In this document: one piece after another, positions 13,537 to 26,487 of the stretch
Numbering within the stretch: the stretch's first letter is position 1
Layout of the letters: every line of letters starts with the position of its first letter
Assembly: GCF_964355755.1 (NCBI RefSeq)
Contig: NC_092678.1
Span: forward strand, 13,948,352 to 14,012,351
Direction: 5' to 3'
DNA: 64,000 nt
Origin: Antedon mediterranea
Taxonomy: Eukaryota; Animalia; Echinodermata
The notes under the pieces: generated by a model
Database searches by the model: none
What the model was told of the DNA's origin: nothing
What the model saw: only the letters and a program-made list of their open reading frames with translations
Position numbers and translations under genes: made by a program

Positions 13537-13610
13537 TTGCTCATTGGATTCGAACCCCATACATCGACATGCAAAGCCCATAGTCTAAACCATTTGACTA
13601 CACAGACGTT
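13537..13610 (-). other. tRNA-derived pseudo-element (second copy at about 18245-18318)
   Basis: Minus-strand A-box-like TAGTCAAATGG and B box GGTTCGAATCC; stems are degenerate. Confidence 0.45.
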
Positions 13611-16600
13611 GCATTTGAATTATTGGCGAATTGTAGTCAGATCTTGAGTCATTTTGTTAAAACCCTGTTAGTTTTTCAAGGATATCAAATAAATCTATAT
13701 TCTGTAAATACTGTAAGATAGTTTCAAGTTGAAAGAAGTTTGTTGTCATGCTATTCTTTATTTCTGGTAGGCAGATTATCCTAGTTTGTGATTGGTTGGT
13801 TGTAAATTAAAAACAGTGCCAATTTTTCAATAAGCAACGTAAAGTAGCTCAGATATCCTTAAATATTAAACAGGTTGAGAATATAACTGTAATATTATTA
13901 AGATAAGAATTTTGTTGTCAAGCTATTTTTTATTTCTGGTAGGCAGACTATCCTAGTTTGTGATTGGTTGGTTGTAAATTGAAATTGTCCACCAATAAGC
14001 AGTAGCACAACGTAAAGTAGCTTGGATACTCTGACATTTTTAAACAAATGAAGAGCATAGAATAGAATATGATACTAGACCTAAATTTAGCATATCTAAA
14101 CAAGAATTTCTTTTTCTTACATAAACTTCCCTCGATTTGTTTACGTAAGTTTCAATTATAATTACATTTATATATAATTATATAAATATAGTGTTGCCTA
14201 CAAATGTACAGAACAAAATTATAAGCATAAACTGATTTCTAATGTCGTAGTGACTATTGACATTTCATAAATAAGTAAATTTTTTTCAAACAAATTATAC
14301 ATTGCCTATTAGTATAGAAAGAATTATGAAAATCTGATTTGTAGTTTTCGAAATATAGGGTCTAAAACATAGCCGAAAATAAGCGTTTTTAACCACGAAC
14401 AAAGTAAACAAATTGCGCCCTCAGTCGGGAATTGTATGAACTACGCCATTTTTCGATAAAAGAATTACATAAAATCACGATTTAGTAATATATTTTGTAA
14501 TAAAAATAAAATATGATATTTCAAGTTTGTTAAATCAAAAAGAGTGTTTATTTAACCTGACAATACATAAATTTCACTTGTATAATATATCACGTGAACA
14601 TGACAGTCCTCAGAATCAACGTAACGTCATGGTACTTTCTACGGTGTGTTGATTCGCGTCAACCAATCAAAAACCGTGAGCCCTCTCTTTTCCCTTATTT
14701 TCTTATTGTCGTTTTATTTCCAAAGAAAATGTAGACCATGATATTCTGTTAATCCTTGCACACATCATTTGCATAATTAGGCCTACCTCCCTCGAAATAT
14801 ATATATATTTTTTTAAATAAAATTTTATTTATAAAAAGAGAGATGATTTAATTGCCTGAAAAACGTTTTCCATTTGAATTGTTTTAGAGGGCGGGATACT
14901 AAATGTTTTTGTATAACTTGTTAAACTTTGTATAACCTTTCAATGATATTGCACGCAATGTGACCCACAATCGTCCAATCAATTGACATGAATTTATTTA
15001 GGTGCTATATATTCTAAAAATAAAGAATGTTTATGGGTGGAAGGTTAAATATCAACTCGGCGTTGTCTCGTTGATATAATCTTTCATCATTCACCTCATG
15101 CCATTATTTGTAACGTTACACGAATATAAAACATTAAATATTTATCGAAATAGATTCCTGTCATTTGAATCAAATAAAAAGTATTCATGGCCTTGCCCTA
15201 CATTATTCATTATTGATTAAAACAGTAAGATTTGTTTTCTAATAATATTATATTAAATGTTATATTTATATGAATTTTTTAAACACACCTACTTTAGTAT
15301 TAATTATGTCAACAAATGACCAAACAATCCTAGGCCCAGCAAGGCTAAAACGCCTAGGCTAGGCCTAGCCTAATACTAACAGGCCTAGGAGAACGTTTTG
15401 CTAGAAAAACTGCAGCCATCGAATTAAATTGCCAGACTCATACAGAGTACATGGTGTTGAACCTACAATCGGTAAAAAGCCATGAAGATTGCCGTTCTGC
15501 AATGCAGTCTTTGTAACAAACACGCACAGTTTTGCATTTTAACTGAATAACAAGAACATTTAAATGACGTTTGTTTCTGTAGCTCATAATATATCCTAAC
15601 ATATTTAACAGGTTAATTTAAAACAAAAAATCAAACAAACTAAGTCGAAATCAATTTTTTTTAAACTAGAAAACCGATTGATTGATTTACTGATAATATA
15701 CGAATAATTACGACGGGTTGTTTGACATCGTTTTATTTGATTTTTTTTTAAATTGTGTACAATTATATTTTAAAGATGTATTAGGCCTACATTTATAGAT
15801 AATGATTTTACTCCCCAAAGAAAGAGATCTTACATTATTAGATACATTTATTCTCAAAGAGATAAAGTTTAATGTTCCTCTTTCCATGGTTTATACCTTT
15901 ATTAAATTATGAAATCTGTATCTACTTTTACAAGTTGTACTTAACCTATCAATGATGTCAAATAAATATTTATTAACATAATAATGTTGAAAACTGTTTC
16001 GGTTTTTGTATTAGGCTGGTAGGCAGATTTGTCTTAGTTTATAATTGGTTTGTATTTTTTAAATCATAATATTAGTAGATTGAAGGAGCCCAGAATATGT
16101 TTAAACATTTGATAATATTAGTAAATCTAAGAAGCCCAGAAAATGTTTAAACATTGGCGCAGGGACACCCAAAATTCAGAGTATACATTTTATTCATGTG
16201 AAATGTCGTATCGTATCGTTTCCTTCCTATACAATGAGATCAAAATGGAATGACAGCAGGAAAAGAAACTCTTAAAGTCAGCTGCAGTTCTTTGCTTTAA
16301 CCATGTAAGGCTGAAAATAAAAATGTTTCTAATGAGTTTGAAGACTGAAGATAAGAAGTTTGTTATGATATTCATTATTCCTGGTAGGCAGATTTTCAGA
16401 GTTTGTGACTGGTTGGTTGTAAATTGCAAATGATGGCAATTTTCTTATTAACAGTAGTACAATGTAAAGGAGATCCAAAATTCTGTCATTAAAATGTGAA
16501 GAGAAATTTAGATTCTAGACCTAAATTTAAAACAAACGAGAAAAAAATTCAATCAAAATGATATACTAATAACATTCTGTTAAACATAATATACTTTTGT

Positions 16601-16713
16601 CATATTCTTTTCAAAGATAATGCAGACTGTAATATTTTGTTATAAGCATTCTGAGACACAATTTAAACACATAATATAAAAAGTTACAACGATAGTACTG
16701 ATTATTATTAATA

Positions 16714-17953
16714 CTAGATGGTATGTTCGCTTCGCTCGCTTACCATCTAGGTCGTGCCCACATATGGTTATCGAATACACAGTAATTTCAACGTAGCAAA
16801 ACTGGCGATTTCAAATGTACGTACCGCAGGATTATAATACATTGTCGTTTACAGAAACAAATAAATAGACACGAGGATTTATGTAGTCAACTAAAATTAG
16901 CACCCTGGAAATTACTTCCGAAGGAGAAACTTACCAAAATGAGTCCAAATTTTCGATTTGGACTCATTTAAAAAACCCAATTTGTGTTTTGTATGTAACA
17001 TTAGGGATGAGGGATGGTGAAGCGAATAGGTACAAAGTAACGAAATATTTTTTTCATGTTTTATAGGGCTATAAATACTATACCTGTAAATACAGTGAAA
17101 CATTTGCGATAAATAATACTTTTTAAAAACTGTCAATGTCATAATCGATTGAAATATTAAAGTACGTGTCACGATACACCACTACGACGTTTATATTGTT
17201 GGTAATTATTAATTAATACAAACGTTGAGAAGGAACTGTCAGTAAAAAGTTTATTGGTATATAATAATGTGTTTATATATCTAACAGTAGAGCCTATCCA
17301 CAATCTCAGTAATAAAGTTTATTTGTATATATTTTTATATTAAATCTAACAGTACGAACATTCACAGTAAGAAATGAGGAAGTTTATTCTCAAAAGGCCC
17401 ATATAGTTACCTACCGCATGTGTTTAACGAAGGGCTGATAAATTCACCCACTTGTGTTAACCAAACTCTGTCAGACTGAGAGATTGGGATGTTCCATTCA
17501 TCGCAAATCAATACATTTGAATAAACGTATATTAAATCTATCAAAATAGTATTTTTTAAAGAAAATCGGCCTGTCTTCAACATTATGATGCTGTACTCTA
17601 GCTGTTCAACCAATTTTCAGCCATTATAAACAATTATCGTAGGAGAAGATAGCAAAATGCGAAGCTTCCTCGCATTTTTGTGGCGGGTATTTTTCCAAGA
17701 TGGACATCCATTAGACAGTGTATACCACGAACGGATAACACCCCTATTTGGGGCAAATCGTTGAACCTAAATTCAATTCGTTTTAATCGTCAATAACTAA
17801 TTATCTAACTTAATTTAATTAGTAAGCAGGGTTACATCAGGTTGTTAAAATCAATACCGAAAGTACGAACCAACTTTATTTACCATAGAGTACAAATTCT
17901 AAAAGTAAGGTGCGATTTACCGAATTTTGCCCTTACGTAAATTTATATATAGA
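16714..17953 (-). mobile_element. Non-autonomous Helitron, full length
   Basis: On the minus strand: A|TCTATATATAAA ... hairpin GATGGTA..GCGAAGCG..TACCATC ending in CTAG|T. No TSD; inserted in an (ATT)n tract. Confidence 0.88.
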
Positions 17954-19369
17954 TTATTATTATTATTGTTAATAACATTATTACTATGCTACGTCCGCAA
18001 TAGTAAAAGTATACAGTTATTGTATCTTATACAATATAATTAGGCCTACTGGCCTTAATTTATATTTTTGAAGAAAAGATGAATCATTTTATAATAATTT
18101 CCTGAAAAGGGATTTGAATTATTATGCAGGCGAGATACGAATTTTGTTTTCGTACATAAGTTATGGAATCCTTATGTGAAGGAGGAATATATAACATAAC
18201 ATAACCCTCTAAATAATCTCTCTCACTATAAAATAAAAATAAATTGCTCATTGGTTTCGAACCCTATACATCGACATGCAAAGTTCATAGTCTAAACATT
18301 TTGACTACGCAGACGGCGCATTTGCATTAATGGCGAATTGTAGTCAGATCTTAGGTCATTTGGGTAAAACCCTGTTAGTGTTTCAAAGATGTCAAATAAA
18401 TCTTTAAATACTGTAATATAGTTTCATGTTGAAATAAGTTTGTTGTCATGCTAATCTTTATTTCTGGTAGGCAGATTATCCTAATTTGTGATTGGTTGGT
18501 TGTAAATTAAAAACAATGGCAATTTTCCAATAAGCAACGTAATGTAGCTCGGATATCCTAAAATATTAAACAGGTTAAGAGTATAACTGTAATATTATTA
18601 AGATTAGAAGTGTGTTGTCATGCTTTTCTTTATATCTGGTAGGCAGATTATCCTAGTTTGTGATTGGTTGGTTGTAAATTAAAAACAGTGGCAATTTTCC
18701 AATAAGCAACGTAAAGTAGATCAGATATCTTGAAATATTAAACATGTATAACTGTAATAATGTTTTGTTTGCCATCCTATGCTTTAATCTTAGTAGGCAG
18801 ATGAACCTAAATTGGTGTGATTGGTTATTTGTAATTGCAAATGAAATTTTCTTTTAGTAAACAGTATATAAAGCAGCATTTTTAAACAGATGAAAAATAT
18901 AGAATAAAATATGATTGGCCTACTAGACCTAAGTTTAGCATATCTAAACAACAATTCTTTTCTTACAAAAAATTATACATTGCCTATTAGTATAGAAAGA
19001 ATTATGAACATCTGAATTGTATTTTTCGAAATTTAGGGTCTAAAACATCGCCGAAAAAAATCTTTTTTAACCACGAAAAAGGAAACTAATTGCATCTTAA
19101 GTCGGCAATTGTATGAACTATGCCATTTTTCGATAAAACTTGTTAAACTGTTTGTAACCTTTCAATTATGTCAAATAAAAGTTTATTTAATGATGATGAG
19201 GAGTCAATAATGTTGTTGCTGGCAATTTTATTCCGAGTCGAAAACATTATCTACTTTTACAACTTTTTGAACTAATTAACCTTTCAATGATGTCAAATAA
19301 ATGTTTATTAAATGAAGTTTAAAACTGTTTCAGTTTTTGTGTTTACTTTATTCCTGGTGGGAATTCTAT

Positions 19370-22300
19370 CGTGATGGCAGTTGTAGTCCGTTGTTCAAGG
19401 TTATAATGTCAAAAATGTCTTTTAACAACGTATAATCAAGATACTAGATAATCAAGTTCATCAATTTTTCAAATTACTTTACTTTTACTTTACTTATTAC
19501 TGACAGAAAGTAACCAGTACGACATAATGAAGAAAGCAATATTACAAAGGTATGACATAACTGAAGCGACATATAAATAAACAAAGATTTAGGTCAATTA
19601 AAAAGTAAAGTGAAGAAAGTTATAGAGAAGTGTATGTTAGATTGAAAGATTTATTTACCAAGTGGGCTAAGTCCGCTGATAAATGCAAAGATGATTTAGC
19701 TGAAATTGTTATTTTAGAGCAATTGATAAATGCCCACATGGGTACACATTTGGGTTAAAGAACATAAACCAGATTCTGGATTAAATGGTGCGGAAATGGC
19801 AGATAATTATTTTCAAGCCTAGAAAAGGTATCGATTTTTTAGATAATAGAAACAACCAGGAGAAAACAGTGAAAGGCATTCCTGATGTTGACATTAAGCG
19901 TAATAATAATCCCCCTGATAACTTTCACAATCTGACGCTAGACAACCTCTCGTTTGTAGACGGTACACAATAAGTAGGCCATATTGAACGATTTTGTCGT
20001 AGTAAGGATGGCTTTTTGTCGAAAAAACCATGTACACCTTAGATTTGTAGAAGCCTAGTTGAAGGATGTGATTGTGAAATTCTGATAAATTCTGGATGTG
20101 ATATGACAGATGTTCATTCTGATTTAGTAGCGACTACACTAATTAATTTTAAAAACAACTAAAAACCTGGGACCTGTAATCCTTGGTAGGGACCCTGACG
20201 GATACTTTCCCTCCGGGTCAAAGGGATCCAGAAACTCATGGTGGCCAGGGGCGCTCATCTTCCTGTTCAGGACTATTCCCGATGATTACCCAACCTATTT
20301 ACATTTAAAATTAAAATTAAACATCAAGACATATAACTTAATCAACTTAATGACTACTGGACATAGTAGTTATTGTCTTCTATAAAAGATGCTGGAAGCA
20401 CTTCCTTATATAGTCTTCTCGGTCTAGTTGACTAGCGTTTATAGTTATGTGAAGTATACTTGGGCTCGGTCTTCCTATCAATTAACGTTTTTGGTCATAA
20501 AATGTAAGAACTTTGCAGGGATCATAGTTTTGTCTCCGAATACATTGTGAAATCCAGTTAGATTGCTGTTGTTGGTATAATTTAAATACTGATATCATGT
20601 TGGTTATTGCGTAGAGCCTCTGGTTATTGACAACGTACCGCCAATCAGTTTCCTGTTGTTCTTTTTTTTTCTCAAACTCTATTTATTTTATACATGACCA
20701 GGTCCAAGCCTATCCTACTGCATTCGTCAATGTTAAGGTTAATAACAAAGACCACAATTTGTTTGTTGGCGTTTGCAGCGATTTGCCAAGAGATGTAATT
20801 CTTGGTAGGGACTTATTTTGGAGACTTATTAGGGAAGGGGAATCCGTATCATGATAGGCGTAGTTGCCACTAGAGATCAGAATAGAAAAGGAAAACTAAG
20901 AGATGAAAACAAATTAAATGCGGAAAAGGCTTCTGGGGTTTTTTCACGTCAGATGGTTAGATGATGTGGTTAATTTCCAAGAAGAATTTGGACATATAGA
21001 TGGCCAACTCCTCAGTGACAACCCTTCCAAGAAAAAAGTTCATAAACCAGAAGTGAAAAATGAAAAGTTAGGAAAGAGTTTGCAAAAACAAAGGAAGCTA
21101 AATCTTTCCAAAACAGTGAATTAGACATTTTAGATATTGGCAGAGATAAAATTAAGGATTATCAGGTTAAGGATAGAACTTTAATCCCACTTCGAGAACA
21201 GATGTTAGTACAGAAAGATGACTATGCTATACAGATAAATCTGTAAGGATGGAATAGTATTTAGGCAGGTTTTTACTAAACACCAGCCAGAATCAATAGA
21301 GCAATAGTAGTTCTATGTGTCTCACATGATATTTCTTTGGCAGGTCATTTAGGTAGAAACAAGACATTAGATAGGATAGAGCAAAGATTATTTTGGCCTG
21401 GTACTAGAAAGGATGTGAAGGCCCGGACCATTTCTATGCCGATAATCAGTGCACCATTCCGCTGAATCGATATGGACATTGTTGGTCTATTAGCACAGAG
21501 TAAGTCCGGAAATAAATATTTCTTGGTTATATGTGATTATACAACTCGATAATGAAGCTTCAGAGAAAGCGGATATGAGTTGATTAAATAATTTTCCAAA
21601 GTTCCGTAGGGGTACCAACAGAAATGTTAACCGATCAAGGCTCTAACTTTACCTCTAAGTGGTTGAGTCAGTTTTATAAGTTATTTTCAATTAAGGGCTT
21701 GGCTACTTCTCCCTACCATCAACAAACCGATGGATTAGTGGAAAGATTCAATGGTACCCTAAATAATATGATTAGGAAATTTTTTAGGATGATCTTCGAG
21801 GATGGGATAAATTGCTTCAGTACCTATTATTTGCTTATAGGGAGGTACCGAAGGAGTCTTTTGAATTATAGTATAGCTGGAAGGTACGAGGTCCATTTGA
21901 TGTAATGAAAGAAATGTGGACAGGCACGGTGACAAGTCCTCAGAGCGTGGTTTCACACGTTGTTAAGATAAGAGTTAATGAGAATAACTAAGATCTAGTC
22001 CAGGAAAACATTGAACTAATCCTAATTAAGGTAAAAACAAACATATGATTAGAAATCTGTTTGTAAAGAATTTAGTCCAGGTGATAAAGTTCTATTATTC
22101 TTACCATCTAGTAACGATGCCTTATAGGAAAAATGTCAAGGTCCATACAAGGAAGGAAACTAGGTCCAGTAAACTATGAGGTGGAAACTAATGATAAACG
22201 GAAAAAGTCAAAAGTCTACCACGTATATCTTTAAAACAATTTTATCGTAGCACTATGGAGGTTATGCTGGCTATAAATGATGTAACTGGACTTATTTAAC

Positions 22301-23660
22301 CTTATATTCTGGTAAAGGATTAGATGAAGCTCAGTTTTCAGATTTAGCAGAGGTGTTTTATGAATTGTACTCAGTGTTACAGGATAAGCCAGGAAAAACT
22401 ATTGTAACAAAGCATGATATTGTAATGAACTGAGGGGTACACCCAGTTAGATTAAAACCTTACACAATTCCTCAAGCTAAGTTAGGCAATATTCTATGTG
22501 GGAACTTTGGGTAATAGAAGAGTCTCACATTCCCTGGTCCTCTCCTTATATCATGGTACCAAAGCCGGATAGAACAGCTCGCTTTTGCGTAAATTACAAA
22601 AAAAAAAGTGAATAGTTTGAGCAAGATTGATGCATAACCAATGCCTCGAATAGATAAATTAATAGGCAGGGTTGGTCCTGTTAAATTTATAACGAAGTTA
22701 GATTTATGTAAAATTACTGGCAGGTTCCCTTAACTGAACGGTCAAAACCATATACAGCTTTTTCAACACCAATGGGTTTGCACGAATTTAAGTATTTACC
22801 ATTTGGCTTGCATGGGGTTCCTGCAACGTTTAAAAAATGATGGATCAACTGTTGCGTAAGAAAGAATATTATGCAGCAGATTATATGGATGATCTGGTAA
22901 TATTTAGTCCAAATCGGGAAAGTCATATCCATCATATTAGGGACATTTTCAGACCCTTAGGCAAGCTACTGTAATCTGACAGTCAAACCTGCAAAATGTA
23001 GTTTCGCATATATATAGTAAAGTGCATTATTTAGGGTATGTAGTTGGAGAGGGGATGATACGTCCTCAAAAGACTACGGTAGAAGCGGTAGTACATTGGG
23101 AACAACCTAAAACTACGAAGGATGTTAAATCTTTTCTTGGCTTGACAGGGTACTACCGAAAGTTTACTCCTAATTATGCTGAAATTGCAGCACCTCTAAC
23201 TGATCTGACGGGAAAAAAACATCCTGATAAAATAAATGGACGCCTGAGTGCGAGGACCACTTATAAAGTTAAAACCCTGTGTTACGAAACCCCGACTTTA
23301 ATGCAGAGTTTATACTGCAAACAAATGCGTCAGATAAAGGGTTATGTGCAGTGCTTATGTCAACTAGGTCCTGATGGTACTGACCATCCAGTATTGTATC
23401 TTAGTCGTAAGTTGTTCCCAAGGGAACGGAATTATGCAACTGTAGAGAAAGTGCTTAGCTATAAGGTGGGCTGTCAAATATTATTATCTAACATGAAGAA
23501 AATGTAAGTTACTGACCATCAACCACTGAAATGGTTGGTTGATATGAAAGAAACAAACAAAAGACTAACTAGATGGAGTCTTGATTTACAACCGTGTTGC
23601 TTTACTGTTGTACATAGAAGGGTATTTATAATGGTAATGCTGACGGATTGTCACATTCAA
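19370..23660 (+). mobile_element. Decayed Ty3/Gypsy LTR retrotransposon internal region, Gmr1-like (SCAN-gag, PR, INT, RT, RNase H)
   Basis: Frameshifted motifs occur in order: SCAN-like YDIMKKAILQRYDITE..LKDLFTKW..ILEQLI..WVKEHKP (about 19510-19820); protease-like ILINSGCDMT (about 20080); integrase GHLGRNKT, MDIVG, TDQGSNF, GLVERFNGTL (21340-21760); RT YMDDLVIF (about 22880) and SFLGLTGYYRKF; RNase H HPVLYLSRKL..ERNYATVEK, TDHQPL. No LTRs were identified. Confidence 0.88.
20300..20670 (-). mobile_element. Probable RTE-type LINE 3' fragment inserted in the Gypsy protease region
   Basis: The minus strand reads NWISQCIRRQNYDPCKVLTF..GRPSP, resembling RTE C-termini. It interrupts the protease-like coding sequence. 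Confidence 0.35.
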
Positions 23661-24339
23661 AAAATAAATTTTATTTTTGTATATCCCTATGAGAAGAAGT
23701 ATAATATGTCAATTAATAAAATGTGTATACTCGTTTCATGGTTATACCTGAAATGAGTATTTACTTTATGACTTGGTAACCTTTAAAAGATGTCAAATGA
23801 ATGTTCTGATCATGTACTGATGTTGAATGAAGACTGCTATATAATTGTTTCAGTTCTAATCGTATCATTATTTATTTATAACTTTCGTAACCTTTCAAAG
23901 ATGTCAAATAAATGTTTATGTAATGATTATATAACTGTTTCAGTTCCTTATCATTCTATATTTAATACGTGGTACTAGGCAGATTGTCCTGGAATATGAC
24001 TGGTAGGTTGATTTTGGATTAACAATAATGTGTAGACGTGACTGGGCAAAACAGAAAGCTCTGTTCTTTATGATTAGTTGATATTATGACCTTCCTCATG
24101 TTATATGACCGAAATCCAATCAATAATCAACAGTAAAGCGCCTACATAATTCTAACTAGCTAGACTAGAACGGCAATAATACCATTACGAAACGATCGTC
24201 ATGACAATTGAAACTAATCTAGGCCAATTCTGATTTTACCAACGATTGTTGTAAAGTTGTTTTCATTCAAAATAATACAAAAGATCTAAAGGTAATTACA
24301 TTTTTTTTGGCCTAAATTGGTATGTAAATCTCTCCAAAC

Positions 24340-24963
24340 AGCCATGGCTACAGTCGTGTGTTCAAATTTTAGTTAGTGTTTACCGACCGACCGACCAACA
24401 GACCGACTAACCATCCGACCAACCGACCGACATAGTGAACTGTAGAGTAGAGTAACTACAGTGGATGCTGCAATTTTCTTGAAAGAAGAAGGTGTTAGAT
24501 GAAAAAGGAACTCTTATAGATTATCAGAAGAGGGGCAAGAAGAGAAAACCAAGGGATGGAAAGAGAAATCCATACATGGAGATTCTTGTAGAACAGAAAT
24601 CGGGCAAAAATAGTGCATATTAAGGTTTAAGCACGTAATTGTATTGCAATATGATGAAATATGCCCTGAATTTTATGAGTACCACATTTTATTTAATTGT
24701 GATTCATGCTTGTAAAGATATGATTACAAACGTGATTTCGTTAAATTGTGCGACGGTAGACCGCGTAGTTCTTAATTGCGCACCGTGAAAACATAACCAC
24801 ATCGATTCTTGGCCATAAGGATGGACTGTAAAACATTGACTTAACTAGATTAAACTGATATCAAGACAAGGCCATATACAAGTTGGTGTTTACCAACCAA
24901 CCGACCAACCAAACGACCGACCAACATAGTGAGCTGTAGAGTCGCTTTGCACGCGACTAAAAA
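24340..24963 (+). mobile_element. Short HINE-like elements with (CCGA/CCAA)n microsatellite
   Basis: Two ACCG-type microsatellite blocks, each followed by catagtga(a/g)ctgtagagt. The second ends in hairpin agtcgc..gcgact plus an A-run and starts acaaggcca (about 24867). Confidence 0.6.
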
Positions 24964-26487
24964 TCCGTCGCGATACGAGAGTTAAAGTTTGTAATTGTAT
25001 AGGTGGCGCTGTTGGATTTTAAGTTTAGAATAACAGCAATGGTTGTAAAAATGCTTTTCGTACCCGAAAAATTGAGAAAATAGTACTATTGAACAACCGT
25101 TCAATAGTTCGTATTGCACGTCATGTCACCATAATGTTTTATATAGCGTATACGAAACTAGAGGATGAGTGGAATTATGGGCAGTCGTGTAAACACGGTT
25201 AAATTAAACAAATTTGGTTTTGATGATATCTGCATGCATTCTGCGGTGTCTATAGTGTTTCGTATTTATCTTTGATTGCTGCGCAGCGTCGCCAAAGCGG
25301 TATCCGAGAACATTGGGTCCAAGAGTTGTATATTAAAAATAAAATATCGACGCAATATCGCTGCGTCACTCAATAGTGACAATAACACTTGATTTAAAAA
25401 GTATAGAAAGAGGAAAGGGGTTTTGGAAATTTAATAATTCACTTCTCCATGACCAAGATTATGTTACACTCATAAATGAAATTATAGAAAATACGACGAG
25501 TGGAGCACCTGGGATAATCTTCTGTAACATAGAATTGTATTACTCTATATCCTGACTTGATGTGCACAACTATATTTATTTTATAAGAAGGTGTTTATAT
25601 AGGAGAATTCATTAAGTATAATTTTTCTATTTTTTCTCTGTCTGCTTTTTTTTTGGTATTTCAATGTATTAAAGGAAAAAAAAAATAAATAAAAAATATC
25701 GCTTTGTCATAGTCGGTATACTTTGTTTGCCAATACTTAACAGCTTATATAACGTCACTTTTTTCAGTATTATTAAGTTTTATGGTACTTGAATGTAATT
25801 GGTTGAATGCTCTGAGAACACTTGCTCATGAAGCTATAAAATGCCTTGCAAAGGGAAAAATATAAGACTTTAGCAAGTTTAGCCATTCAAGAATAGCAGC
25901 ATACCGAGCAAAGCCATTTAACAAAGTTCTAAGATCAAAACTGAATTTGATTTAACATTTAGTCAAGTTACTTCTTAAATAAAAAGTAAGTAGTATCTTT
26001 ATATTTATTAGATTACGTTTGGTTTTTCTTTGTTAATTCATTGCTGTACAATTCCTTTTGTTTTCTTTGAAATGCTATACATTTCTTAATTTCATAAGAA
26101 GAATTTGAATGTATGGAAATAAATCATTTAAAAACATATTATATTTTGGTTCTCTATTCAATTCAGTTGTAGGCCTGTATTGACTTCTTCAAGCTGCGCC
26201 TAATGAGCAATCGTTTCACCCGCAACAATATTTTTCATTTTATTTAAGTGATTTTATACTTTATCAATTGATGTTATTTTCAACCAATGCCTAGAAAGTA
26301 AATGTTAGTAATAATAATAATAATAACACCTATAATAACTATAATAATAATAATACAGTTTTTTTTTAAAATATGAGTTAGTAGGCCTAATAATCATACA
26401 TTTCATTTAAAAAAAAATTATTATATGTTACACATAAGTTTATAATAATATAAAGTATTTCGTAAATAGCTCTATAATTATATATAA

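Larger units (their letters stand above)
8244..19140 (+). repeat. Local tandem segmental triplication (units about 8244-9984, 9985-14947, 14949-19140)
   Basis: The block starting tggaaggttaaatatcaactc recurs at about 8331, 9986 and 15038 with colinear downstream sequence. Units 2 and 3 share several further kb. Unit 1 has an internal ~300-bp duplication and 46-bp tandem repeats at 9814-9984. Confidence 0.9.

Noticed and set aside
6349-18318. Functional tRNA genes at 6349, 13537 and 18245
   Set aside because: A and B boxes are present but acceptor and anticodon stems pair poorly, and the copies sit in repeats.
19140-24010. LTR pair around the Gypsy remnant
   Set aside because: The shared flanking motifs also occur many times upstream, and I found no TG..CA ends, PBS or TSD.
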